A stretch of 64,000 bases of DNA from Lingula anatina (taxonomy: Eukaryota; Animalia; Brachiopoda), in assembly GCA_051362555.1 (NCBI GenBank), contig CM120640.1:41022788-41086787 (forward strand), read 5' to 3'. The position numbers were made by a program, and so were the translations under genes. Shown here one piece after another: positions 46,267 through 59,603 of this stretch. The stretch's first letter is position 1. Every line of letters starts with the position of its first letter. A model generated the notes under the pieces. That model was not told where the DNA came from. It searched no databases and saw only the letters and a list, made by a program, of their open reading frames with translations.

Positions 46267-48903
46267 ATGACGTCCTCTCTGCGATGTCTCTGTTCCAAGA
46301 AACATATTTTTGACACATTAAGAACACCATACCATGCAGCCGTTTCCCTCCAGTTTGTTAGATGGAGAATGCACAGAGGAGTCCCCCGACCTTTGCACAA
46401 ACTCGAAAAGAAGATCGGGCCGAAAATCAATGTAGAAGATGAGTATGAAAAAACGTGGAAAAGGGAAATGCATAAAAAATACAGATCACAGATGAATGCA
46501 CTGAGGTATGATGATACTCAAAATTAATGACCAGTCCTAACTCTTTTTCTACTGTACCCACTTAACTGAAACGTTATTCTGAAGTGTCGCTTTTTGGGAA
46601 CTTATGTTTTGTACCCCTACATATGCTCACACTGAACCTGAATTTAAGTTATTGACACAAAAGAGAGAGATTTGAGGGTTTTAGTCATCGAGTACTTAAA
46701 TAGTTGACAGACTTTAGACAAAATGGATTGTCCCTATTAAGTACAGTTTTTGGTAGGAAAGAGTTCCCGAAAATCTCCTTCATTACATGTACAACTGGAA
46801 GTTTATGCCTTGTTTAAATTCCTAGGTCAGAGATCGTTCGTGATACCTTACATTGGTTAGGCATGAATAAGGTGGAACACTTAATGGCCAGTCAGAAAAC
46901 CCAAATGGCGGAATGGGAAGAAAGTCACAAGTTAAATGACTTGTGGAATGCTGAAATTGCAAAACAAAGGTATTTGGGTGAAATTTTATGGCAATTTAAA
47001 AATTTGTATGACACTTGTTCTGTATCACCTGGATCTAGAATAAGACTAGTCTGTTAAAGATTAAAGGTACAATATAAAGGATTTACCTGCCAAAATGAAA
47101 TTTCCTTGAGATAAAAAGTAATTTTCACCTACTAACAAATCTCCTTGACCTGTCTGTTCACTTGGACTCATGTTTTATTCCAGTTTTTATATGATTATTT
47201 AGTTTGAAAATAATTTGCCAGTCATTTAGAACGCCAAGTCTGCCTGTACATTTCAGAAGGGACTATCAATGTTGGGTACTTTTGTTTGATTAAAGGTTCT
47301 ATATATTTTAAGGTTTTAATTAGGAACAATCAGTATCTTTGGTGGATATGTAGACTGTAGGCAATTTTCAAATGTGTACACAGTAACTTATAATAAGTAA
47401 AAGAAATGACTTTTCAAGGGTTGAACCTGTGTTTGAGAGGAAATTTCATCCAAGTGTTTGCTTTGCTAGATGATCTTTGCTTATTGTATGAATTACTGTA
47501 CTAGTATGTAATGGTGGTATCGTGGATTTGGCCAGGAACCTGCCACAAATGAACAATTTTTACAAATTACCAATTAGCTGTTGCTGAAAAAAAAATTCAC
47601 TGTGGTATTATTCTGATTACGTATATTTGTCTAATCCAGGTGGCAGTACATACCACTAGTGGGCTAGACTTGGTCTTAAAGTGCAATTTGAGTTCACAAG
47701 TGATCTTACACGATCTTAATCATTACTGCAGTAGTCTTAAAATGGACTGAATCTGCTTTTAAGATCAAAAATGATCTAACATCTACTTAAGTGGTCAAGC
47801 AGTTTCCTCCCCTCACAATGGGGGATATCTCCCCTCACAAGAGAGGACACCTCTGCTCACAATAGGAGAATGTGCAAGGGGAGACAACTTAATTAGCTGT
47901 CAGACTAGAAATGGTCTTACTCATGTTTTAAGATCATGTAAGACTATTTGTGTTCTTAAATTGCACTTTAAGACCAAATCAAGCCCACTAGTATACCCAG
48001 GAGGTGTCTGGGCCTCTCTAATCTTCTGGTTTCATCCTTTGTAGGAATTAATATGTGCTTGCATTGCTGGCAGATATGTATTTCTAGATCATAGATTCTT
48101 GAAAGTTATGTGAAAAGAACGTGAAAAATAATTTCAGGGAGGAGCGAATGATGAAAGAACGTAGAAAGGTTGAAGCAGCTAATTATCAAAAGATGGTAGT
48201 GGGATTAAGGAAGCGGGAAATCAGAAGAGAAATGGCAGAATCTTTCTTGGGGGAATATAGTGTATGTATGTCAATGTATGAAATATTCTCTAGTAAACAA
48301 AAAATCTTAATTTTAAAACTATATTTTGCACAGTCACAGTGGCAGATATTAGGCTGTATTGTAACAGAGTGTTATGTTAGAATCTCAGTATTGCAGAATT
48401 ATTTCTTCATGTTTAGAGTGAAACAGGATGAATATATTAAGGCTTGATACAGGTACTGGGTTAAACATTTGTCTGGCCTGGCTTGCTTGTTCTTATTATT
48501 ACTCGAGTCTTATGTTGTTGATTATTATTGATATTATTGATATTCCTACTGATAATATTCATTGTAGTCTATGATCACCCCGGATAACCTGGATGAAAAA
48601 ATAAGGGAGGCCTTAGATGCCCAAGTCCAACATAGTAGACCATTGGATAATGAAGGCAAACCAGAGCCCATCATGATGGACATGCTCTACAATCAGGTCC
48701 CTGAAGATGAGACTTGGAAGGCAGACAGTGAGGAGAGAGAAAAAGACCTCAGTGAAGACCCAGATGATAACGATGCTTCATACTTAGACTCTGACTTGGG
48801 GGAAGAAATGGAAGGTATGGATGTGGATGCTATAGAAGCAGAGCATTTTAATCATGGAGATGAAGCAGAAGAAACAAATGATGGTCAGGACAAAAAATCA
48901 TGA
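46267..48903 (+). CDS. MRPS26: Mitochondrial small-subunit ribosomal protein mS26, 280 aa with acidic tail
   Basis: Exons 46267-46505, 46826-46969, 48138-48261, 48568-48903; basic presequence, QFVRWR, YRSQMNALR, NDLWNAEIAKQREERM, MITPDNLDEKIREALD. Confidence 0.85.
47655..47992. mobile_element. MITE in MRPS26 intron 2
   Basis: Long imperfect TIRs actagtgggct..ggtcttaaagtgcaattt / aaattgcactttaagacc..agcccactagt. Confidence 0.8.
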
Positions 48904-50745
48904 TTAGAAACATTTGAAGGCCTTTTTTTGAACAGTCATTGATTTGAATTACTGTACACCCGAGTTCTATATTTTTTTATATCTTATCTTAATACAAACC
49001 CTATACCACATGAATTAGATCATTTGAAAAGCTTTAACATACACAATTCAAGAGCTAACTTTTTATAATAGGTTGCATGGATGATGACATGTAGTATTTC
49101 TAATTTGTCACTTCTAACACCACTGGACCTTTTATATATGATCAGATGGTAAGCACCTTAAACCCCTTTGAGGCTGAATATTTAAATATACCTAAGTTCA
49201 TTTATATTTCAATAATTTTTGAAAAGTGAAACATTGAAGTTGAGATCAGAGCAAAGCTGTTACAACAAAATGTCAGCCGAGTTGCAGGAACAAAATAAAA
49301 ATGATTATATAGTTGTATTTATTGTTTTTATATTTTCAAGTAAAATGATGTCAGAAATGCAACACAAATAGTAATTTCAACATAAAATGTTTATTCAATA
49401 GGCATATAAAAATATACTTTACTTTCTTTTTTTGCACAATATTAAGGAAGACTCAGAAGACAATTCCTTTGAAAAATACATATTCATAATCTAAGTGTAT
49501 GATATTGTAGTTTTTGGTGTCCAGCACCTTTTAATGGGACTCTTACTTGAAGATGGAGGGTAATTTTCTGATAGAGTGTACCCAAACCCACAAGGCTATA
49601 CAAATGTATACATACAACATGCCTTAAATACTGTTAAACTGAAGCTAGCAATTACAGCAGTGGCTTTCAAGAAATCATGATTATAAACATGTATATACGG
49701 CATATACTTTGTGTAAGGATTATTCAAAGTATATAACTCTTACAGTGAGAAGCCGAGTTTGGACTGTATTTGTCAGCTCCAGGTACTGCATAACTCTTTC
49801 ACTTTCTCTGAAAATACTGATATAAAAATTGAAGATATTCTCCATCCACAAATCATTCGTCAGGCATGTCAGCAGTATCTTATGTAGTTCACCACAACTG
49901 AACACCATTTTGTTTCAAGGCTAATTCTAGTATTCTCATTACATGGAGACATGAAATGAAACGGCAACTGTTATTCTAAAACCTCAAAATAACTCCAATA
50001 AAAGGTTAAAATTACAAGTAGAAATGAAGAGATTGTATATGATATTGCACAAAAAACAAATTTAAATTAACTGCTACTATACACACCTGTAAAATATTTT
50101 TTCTGTATAACTTTCAAGATATTGGGTTTAAAACAAACTTAACAGTGTAAAAAGTTTAAATTTTTGAGCAAAATTTTACAAATCTATTTCGGACTAGAAC
50201 CACTGGAGACTTAAAAATCACCAGTTGGCCAATTGTGGGGCAACGAAATTGCACATTGGTGTGCCACTGATATCGCAGTGATATAAATGCACTAAAATAG
50301 CTCAAAACTTAAAAGTAAAAAAGAAATCAAATGAAAGTTTATCAGAAATCAAGAAGCGCATCTAGAATAAGATCTAAAAAAATAAGAGAGAAGCACGCGT
50401 GTAATCTCGACTTGAAGCCTGTGTCGTGTGCGAGGGAGACCTTTGTGATACAGAGTGCGGCACCCATTGATGCGTACAGGCAAGTCCAGTCATTGATTTT
50501 GACCAACTACGTCACGTTAACCCCAACCTGCGCGTATTTAATGGAGGGAGGAATGTCTCCTCCGCGGACCCCGTTTATTCACACTGACTTGGAATGATTT
50601 TGCCTCCTGTAGTTCAACCACTACTGCCATGGGACGCAATGCCTTAGCCATGATCCAACGTGAGATCCGTCACATGTTAAAACCTAGTTATACTCTTAAG
50701 GATACTGTGATGCTTTTGATAGGCTCCATTCCCATTTCTGACCGA

Positions 50746-53700
50746 TTAACTCCCAAGCATGACCCCAATCTTGTGTATTGAATCCGGCTCGGATGAACTG
50801 TGGCGTTTCTTTAGATGTACCACCGTTTGTAAAATCTTGTTGATATCAACAAATCCCGGTCTGCTTGACGGAAGGAACGCCCACGAGTCCCTAATCAGCG
50901 TTTTGATGACCTCTGGACACTTGAGGTGATTCAGTTTGAGAGTATTTCCCGAGCCTACGTTCCAGATAATTGTATGAATCGGTTGCTTGTCATGGGGGAA
51001 ACGCCCATTGAAGAGTTCGTACAACACAGTTCTGGAAAATCAAAAGGCAATATTGGGTGAAATTCACGATTTAAAAATTGTTAGAAAAGTGAACGCCAAT
51101 ACTATTATCCCGATAGAATATTGGGCCCACGCTTTAAATTTTTTCAAGGATTAATCGTAAACTGACGTAAATCATTAAGAACACTATCTATCACCTAAAT
51201 TTATAATTTGATTGTGAATTAAGATACCACGCTAAACCTGCGATATGCGTTCTGCTGATAGGTTTGTGGAAATCTCGGAAATAATCCGCGTGCCTTACGG
51301 AATCGATCCACTGTTGTAGAATAAAACGGTGAACAAGTAACTGAGTTCAACAAGCGATAGACCTAATCATGCAGTTTAACGAAACTTAAGTATAATATGT
51401 ATATTACCCAAAGGCAAACGTGTCAGACTCCTTGGTATTCTGTTCTAGTTTGACTTGTTGGTTTTCGATCCTCATGGTACGCAAAATTTCTGGTGCAAAA
51501 TAAGTGGCGCGCCCTCTCGGCAAACAAGCGCAGTCTGATCTGAAAAATAATGTCGAAAATGACAACAACAACGACGACAATGATTATAAGAATAGAAATT
51601 TATGATATAATGTCTCATGCATAGCAATTTCATTTTAGTGAATGAAAGAAACTTGCACTGAAATGCGCAAAGCACGTTCTAGTGGTATACTAAAGCCACA
51701 AGTGTGTTTCTTGTTCATGATTTATTTACGGAAATACTGGAACGCGATTTTCGTTTTCATATATAAGTGCCTTAACAAACGCCGTTTGAATTTGAGGATA
51801 TGTGGAACAATTCAGTTTTATTATTATTATTTTAAATTTGTAATTAAGGAAACAAAAACGAAAAATGGAACAACAAACGATGTCGTGACTTCGCCCTATC
51901 AAATTAGCAAACATCTGTGTCTCGTCGAAAACGCGATATTGTGATTAAGCGTCAGGAAGTTTACCTCTCCAATCGATTTTCAGAAAAGCTGTGATCTAAG
52001 ACGAAGATCTTGACCTTGCTCTCTAAGAAGATGTTCTCCGAGTTGAGCCTCTCTAGCACAATGCCTCTGGCGTGGAGATATCCCATACCTTGCGCTATTT
52101 GTTTGGCAATAGAAAACTTGGAATGTAGAGGAAGAGGCGCATCCTTACTGTTGTGGATCTTCTCGTACAGAGATTGGCCTTTTCTTACACTGAAAAAAAT
52201 AATTAGGGAGGTTAGCATTCCTGAAAAGCCGACCCACGCAAAGAACACAGAAAGAGGGTATATATAAATTGCTCTGGGCAATAACGAGTTCCAGCTTCTC
52301 TGTTTTCCCAGTGTCCATATCGATGAAGTCTGAAGCTCAGGATAACAGTAACCTAGCTTATATTGCATGACATTTCGTTCCCGTTCGCGATAATAGGTTC
52401 GACACAAGTCAAAATACCGATATAATGCATTAGATGATGAGCAGTCCAATACGATATGTTTAATCTATCTGATGGAGTTATGATGTATCTGACTGGCGTA
52501 TGTCGGTCTGATGGAGAGTGTAGTAGGGTTCTGAGGGCTGCAGGTTAGCTTCTGTCAAATGCAAACCTAAAGTTATTGTGAAATATAGTTATATAAAAAA
52601 ACTGAAACAATATATCAAAAGAGTCTTTCGTTTTGAAATTTGATAAATGTAACGAAGGTCTGTTTGCAAGAACCCCCTTGTATAGTATGATGCTCTTTCC
52701 CCCGCCTTGTTACGTTTCTTGTTACGTTCTTATAAGTTTTTTTTTTCGTATTTTTATTTAACCTCTTACTCAAATAATTTCTCTGTCATTGCTTTAGGAA
52801 GAGAATTTTGTGATTGATTACCATTATATTGATAAAGTGAGCCACGTTTTAAGTGTAAATATCCTATTTACTTTTACCAAAAAAAAGAGAAAAATAAAAT
52901 CTGAGAGTACGTTTGCAGGCACATAATGGAGGTAGTTTTGAATCAAATGCCATCGGACACGGAGAAGATAAATTAATAATTTGAGAGGGGCTGAGTGTCG
53001 GTTGAAATGAGCTTTAAAATGACATGGAAAGCTTGCATGGATACCGTAAATGCGTAAATTGAGACTGGAAATGCATCGAGATCGTAAGCAGCAGTAAACG
53101 ATATCGGTACCATAGAGCAAGGTCCCATTTCCATAGACACCATCGGTCTACATAGATCGATTCCACTCCGTGGTGACTGAATGCAATCAGTTTAATAGAG
53201 TAACACGCCTCCTCCTAATGCTACGTAGCATGCAAAAAATCTGATTATACGAGTACGTTGGTATCAAGAGGAGGCGTGCCATTCATTTAAGCTGATTGCA
53301 CTCAGCGAGTGTCCCCGCTGCGCAGAATTTGATCGATCTACGTAGACTGTTGGGGTATATGGGAATGGGGTCTGTAATGCATGGCCAGGCCAGCTAACCG
53401 GTACAGTCCAGTTGTAGAATTTATCTATTGGGTTAACATTTCCAATATATTAATATACGGAAATGGAAAACATTTGTCTTGTGTAAATTGCACCGTGCGT
53501 TTACATATATCAATACTGTCAAGTTATAACAGGAAGTAAAGGCCCTTGGGCAAAGGGCCATTAGACGTAGAGTGGGCGTATAGTGAAGCACAGCGATGTT
53601 GTAAACTCCCCCGCTATGCTTTAAAATGATTGGAGTTTTCTTTACTATACACCACTAAAACATTTAAAACACATTGTAGACGAGCCCACTCTAATCACCA

Positions 53701-54684
53701 GGAAGTCATATTTTTGTATTCTCACTTATAAGACCACGAAAAAGCTTTTCAGAATCGACAATGGTTACATGTGTACACTCGATAAAGATAAAACAACATT
53801 TCTGGATTAACAGCATGGGTGATGTTCTTCTCTATAAACCACTTAGCTTCCGCAGGCAATAAGGATTAAGAGTAAAAAAAGGCCCAAGTAGTGATCATTG
53901 CCGACGAAAAATTTTGGCCTCTTACCTGGTAACAATTGCGAAATTCGGCGGCTCCGCACACGCACCCATGAAAAGGGCGATGTTTTCGTGGCGAATCATT
54001 CTGAGCATGGAAATTTTGGTCCAAAAGACGTCTTCTACTGATGGGTCATATTTGTGGATAATAACATCACCATGCCACTGACCTCTGAAATAATTTGATA
54101 GCAACTTATAGTTTTACGTCTTTAGCGTGGAACCTATCAAATTGAAAGCAAAATCAAGCACCGATTTTACACAAATCGTTTTCACATTAACTCCCGGAAG
54201 TAGACCGATTGATTGCTATTGAACGTCTGGGTCACTATAAAAAAACCGTCTTCTTCCCCGAGTTATTTTAAAAATGGTTGGTACGGGGCACGGTCTAACG
54301 TTATAAAACATTGTTTTACATTGCTAATACACTTAATGGACCACCTTCTCTACGCCTCCATTGAAGCATCAAACAATTTAAAAGCAAGTGTTATCTCAGT
54401 TCTATATATAGATAAAAAATGGTTTCTGATTACAGCAGATGCATACACTTTGGAATAACGAAATAATGAAGAGGTAGGTTGAGGTCTGACAGTTAACCAT
54501 CAACCATAGCAGAAAGCGTAGGAATCCCAGTAATTTAAGGTTAAAAGTGCAGGTGAATACTTACCTATGCATTTCCAAACAACCTCCTGTTTTAATCCGT
54601 TCACTGAACTGGAGGTCGGAAAACGCTATCATGCAGTCGCTCAAAGAATTGCGATCTGGTGGTTCAGCCTTGCTGTTGGATACG
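50746..54684 (-). CDS. KSR3: KSR/RAF-family pseudokinase domain (KSR3-like)
   Basis: Exons 54684-54565, 54084-53926, 52189-51965, 51539-51408, 51031-50746: RGQWHGDVIIH, IRHENIALFMGAC, QIAQGMGYLHARGIVLERLNSENIFLE, VLDHS, YFAPE, SDTFAFG, IIWNVGSG, RHSSSEP (14-3-3 site). KSR family is secure; KSR3 subfamily is inferred from the degenerate motifs. Confidence 0.85.
53120..53373. mobile_element. Palindromic MITE, family shared with 55875-56157
   Basis: Ends ggtcccatttccatagacaccatcggtcta / tagactgttggggtatatgggaatggggtct. Confidence 0.8.
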
Positions 54685-55874
54685 CTGGGTATGAAAAAGA
54701 AGAGCAATCGTTATCATTTTCTTCGGTCTCTCTCTCTCTCTCTCTCTCCAAATTTATACTTAATAAGATAAGATAAATGATTCTGACACAAAGATCAAGA
54801 TTCATTTCGACTGGCAAGTGTGCTGGTTTGCTTATTCACTCGGTTGTTTCTCATCTCTCACACATTTCCTTGGTTTTGAATTTTTTAATCTACCCTCGTT
54901 AGCCATCACTTATCCCATTAATATTGACAACTTAAGTAAACAGTTAGTTTATAAGGCAGCCGATCTGGTCCCATCTTATATTTATAGCTTGAATTTCTTC
55001 TGGTGACTACACGATCGAGCTACGCATTTAATTTTCTGATGGGAGCTTATACATTTTTGCGTTGTGTGATTGTTGGAGGATTTCATCTAATGCCAAGGTA
55101 AGATATCGGTTCATTTTGTATCAGATTTCAGATTTCTCTTCATATCATTTCACCGCAGTGCCTATATATTACCATCAGCAATACCGAAGTATCAATTGTT
55201 GGCTTTAATATTTTCTCAAGATCATATTTTGATTGGATATGTAAACACCTAATGTAGCCTTTCTCAAGGCTTTAAGAAGATAATGAAGGTAAAGCATAGC
55301 AGCAGGCAAGAATTGACGCGAACTCTTCACTGGATGTGCTTACTTATCATAAATTTGACTTATAGCAGTTCGTTTCTGCTAATTTATTTATATCTTTTAA
55401 TTATTTCCTGAATTCATTCTATACTTCCTTACTACGTCTTGTGATACATGTTACTAAACTGTTATCTTATATCTCAGAGAATTAGTCAGGCGCCCGTGTC
55501 TATTTCACACCAATCAATCAATGAATCAATAAGAATAAAGTCGCACAATGAGGTACCCCTCCCTGAACTTGAACCACTCACTATTCCATGCGGTGTACGC
55601 GCATGTGCGTCATTTTCTTTTTCATTATAGTTCAATATGTTTGACTCAATCTTGTCTATGCTAACCAGTCTTCCTATACTTCTTTGCAAATTCACCGCCT
55701 TTGATTACATATTGATGTAATGCCTGTTGAACTAAACACACATTCACATGAAAACAGTTTCCATCATGAATATTGTAGACCGCCAGCTTGCTTCCACTTT
55801 TTTCGCTCTTTTCAGTAGATGTACAAATTGGTCAGGGAAGTGAAAAAAAAAACGCCTGTGCACCCTGATACGTA

Positions 55875-56157
55875 AGACCCCATTCCCATAGACACCATCG
55901 GTCTAAGTGGATCGACCTAAATCTGGGGTACTCTCCTAATCTGGGGTACTCTCCTAAGGTGCAATCAGCTTTACTGAACAACCAACTTAACAAGCCTCCT
56001 CTTGTTTCCAACGTACTCGTATAATCACCAGCTTTTCTGTATTCTAATTAATTCCAAGCGGAGGTGTGTCATTCAATAAAGCTGATTGCAGTCAGCAAGA
56101 CCCCCTGCGGAGTTGGATCGATCTCATAGACCGATAGTGTCTATGGGAATGGGGCTT
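55875..56157. mobile_element. Palindromic MITE, family shared with 53120-53373
   Basis: Ends agaccccattcccatagacaccatcggtcta / tagaccgatagtgtctatgggaatggggct; short internal tandem duplication at ~55920-55956. Confidence 0.85.
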
Positions 56158-56391
56158 TTGTAAGACAACATGCCGAACCGTTCAGAAGCTCTATGCATAA
56201 CTTACTTCGTACTGTGCTTTGGCACATCTTTATCAGTGATCTTTTTTATGAACAAGATAACACGATATAGCACCTTCGCAAAAAGCCCAGTGCATACCAC
56301 TCGCTCAAGTTTATCGAGTACTTTCAAGATTCATCATTTCAGAGGATTCATCCGTCAATGATTCATACAAGACTTCTCGAGTGCAACTTAC

Positions 56392-56857
56392 CAATCGATA
56401 TCTTCCCCCTCTTCAAGAAATACTGAGTCGTTGTCTCCTTCTTCATTTTCCTCTGAAATTGTATAAAAGAAATGTTCATTGTTACTTCTTCTGTGAGGAC
56501 GGAAACAAAAACAAGAGAACAGTCTTGCAGTCCAAGTTTTGTCTCTCTCGCCTCCATCGCATGCTGTTCCATGGCATTCCTTGTACGGCGCTCGGATTAT
56601 CTGCTTTGAATTCGTATTGCTTTCACAGGTTCTCGTTAGTGTCGGTTTTGTAGGAAACAAGCTTCTCTTTCCTCTTTCCAGTACCGAACCAATGAACACA
56701 CTTATTCGGTCTGCTGCTTGCATGTTGTAGTTCGCGTTGCCGACTGACTGAGGCTCTTGAACATGTTCACTCCGTAACTCAATAAACACTTTTGGCGGTA
56801 CTTGTTGTAAATGTGTAGGTGTTGGAAGAGGATGGCATTTAGTGCGAATGTCAGACG
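56392..56857 (-). CDS. Exon upstream of the KSR kinase domain; 5' boundary uncertain
   Basis: Open frame ending in acidic EENEEGDNDSVFLEEGEDID with a phase-2 GTAAG donor matching the 54684 acceptor; starts at a weak AG (56858) or at ATG 56723. Confidence 0.55.
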
Positions 56858-57246
56858 CTAACTAGCTCGATATGCCAACTCTCCGATTGGATATCATGAT
56901 TTAGCATAATAAGCTCGTCACTGATGATGGCAATGGGAGCTTTGGGAAGGAAACACGGTAATTCTGTTGCTGTTGCCTTGATCGGGGATAATAATGATGA
57001 ACTATTTATGACGCTACGTCTGGAAAACGTAGGTGGCAAAGCAAGGACGTATATTCTGGATGTCACGCATATATCTTATGACTTTAATAGCTATGTTTTG
57101 GTTTTATGGAGGTCAAATAACAAGAGAGGCTTTTTCATGTACTATGGGCAGCAATTTTCCATTTGTACCATTTTTTTTACAATTTTCTACAAAATAATTT
57201 GCGATTTTCAGCAGAACAAAATTAAAATAAATGAATAATTAATTAT

Positions 57247-57250
<4 letters not shown>

Positions 57251-57286
<36 letters not shown>
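57251..57286. repeat. (AAT)n microsatellite
   Basis: Direct read. Confidence 0.9.
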
Positions 57287-57287
<1 letters not shown>

Positions 57288-58258
57288 CGTTTTTTTGTGT
57301 GGTTTTAGAATTCATAGTAAACGCAATAGCACGTTATGAACATTATCAGTCTAATGCGTATCTTCTTAGCTTTTTCTGAATGCAGAGGCTTGTGCAATTT
57401 ATTTATTAATTTATTTTGTTATAGGCATTTCAAACATATTGTTCATATTTTCGCAGAAACTTAAATTGCGTTCAATGCAACTGAGATAGAGCACGTTTCT
57501 TGGATTGTCGATATCTGTGGGCATATTGAAGCGAAAACAGTTTAATTTTGTCCTTGTCATTAATCATTTGGCTGATGAGCTTACGCTAGGTTAGTCGGAA
57601 ATTACCACAACAACTGACGTCCATACAATATAAGACCCAATTATCAAATGTTCAAGGCTATACGGATCATATTTGCGCAATCTCCGCTAATAAGCAGCGT
57701 TGTTTTTATCGCATTTTTCAACAAAGGTTACTGGGATAAGGGAGTGCTTATCGTATGAAAAATGAGCTTGTCGGTCATTTTTGCCACATTTTTATATACA
57801 CGTAAACAATTTACATAGCTAATCCACAATGACTCGTGCGTAAGCATCGAGCAAAGGACCTCATCATCTCATTTAGTCGTCAATGTCAAATGCGTCAGAC
57901 TTGTAATCGGGTAACATCGAAATAATGAGAGCAGTCAAACCATATCTTTGTTTCATTAATTCTTCTCTCTCGCTCTGACAAACCGTGAGTCTCTCTCTCT
58001 CTCTCTCCCTCTCTCTCTCAGTGATAACAGATGTTTGGCCGTGACAGGACACAAGTGACAGATGGCGCAAACCGCGACTGGGAACATCCAGGGTTCACTC
58101 CAATTACTTGTAAACATATGAATAACGCAACATAAAAGCACTGTCTCTAAATAAGTGATTAAAAGTGCGGGTAAGAAAGGTAAGCTTCTTGCTCACAAAA
58201 CGCCGTCGACATATGATAAAAATCTTCATACAAGTCTGCATAACGCGAGAAAGCTTAC

Positions 58259-59555
58259 CGTAACTGCAGAGTCTGTATCCCACCGGGGGCCAGGAAGCCA
58301 CCAGGTTGCTCTCGTCCACCTTCAGCTGAGGACCAAGGCTCGTTTTCTGTGGACAGCTGATCGTACCGGCCAGGCTTGCGTGACAATACGTCTGGCTGGA
58401 TCTGGATTGTCCTTTGTCCTGGCACGCGCCAGCTGCTCCAGGGTGCACGGTAAGTTCTCTGGGGCTCAAGTCAGCAGGTGCAGCGGTTGAGTCCGAGGTG
58501 AAGTGACACGGCGGCGATAATGACTCAGTTTGCTGTGGTTGCGGCGGCAGCAGCGTCGGCGGCTTGAAGATCATCGAGGAACAGGTCGATACGCTAGATC
58601 GGCTGGCGTAGCCGTCTGACAATGTCGTGATGGAAAAACATGAGCTTGAAGACGCTCGTGAGGAGTAGGAACGGGAGCTGGTCTCCTCCAACTCACTGCT
58701 GCTGTCTTCATCTTTAATCTCCTCCTCCTCTTGTCGTTTAGGAAGCACAAATTTTCGAAGTCTTCTGTACAGCCTATACAATGCACTGGTCTTGTCTTTG
58801 GGAGAATTACGGTGTTTCTTACACAAATTATTGAGACTCTGAAGGACGGAAAGGTCCATGTTTGAATTGATTTCATTGGCCTGTAATAATTTAGTCCAGT
58901 GATCATCGCCTAAAAGATAAAAAACAAAACAAATGAATAAATACCTTTATTAATCTTTAATATTAAAGGTTTATCTTCAATGAGTACTAGGTTCGGTATG
59001 ACATGAATAGATGTAATTTATTTATCTGATAATTTTTTAATGGTTCATTAAGTACGTTTTTGGAAGTTTCAAACAGAGCGAGGGGCACCAAGGGATAATA
59101 TAAAATACATGTCATTAATCCATGCCTAGTTGAAAAAATATACGGGATTACTTTGGGCTGTCATAAAATGATGGTATGAAAAGGTCATTTGATATTGCCA
59201 ACGCCAACAGTGAGTACAAATGCACACACACGTTACCTGCGGACTTCGTTTGTATTTATCTATGTTTATGAATAATAATGATGGGCCCTTCCACAGAAAA
59301 GTGAACATTTGAGTCACTTTAGTAACAAATGCAATTTGTGTTATATTTGCAAAACTGATTTAACACTTTTTCATTGCTGTTGAATACTTTCAATTCCATA
59401 TTGGAGGGCACTAAAAAATAAAACAGCGAAAATTTCGGGGTAAGTTAAAGGCGTGCAAATATTTCACAAAATCTGTGCGTCACTCAATTCATCTCAATTT
59501 TTCACTAAATCTTGTGGAATGCCCCTGTTACAATCGCGTATGTAAGAGGTTACGC

Positions 59556-59603
<48 letters not shown>

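Noticed and set aside
59560-59601. Poly-A run as a retrocopy tail
   Set aside because: No upstream retroposed body or target duplication visible; treated as a simple intronic homopolymer.
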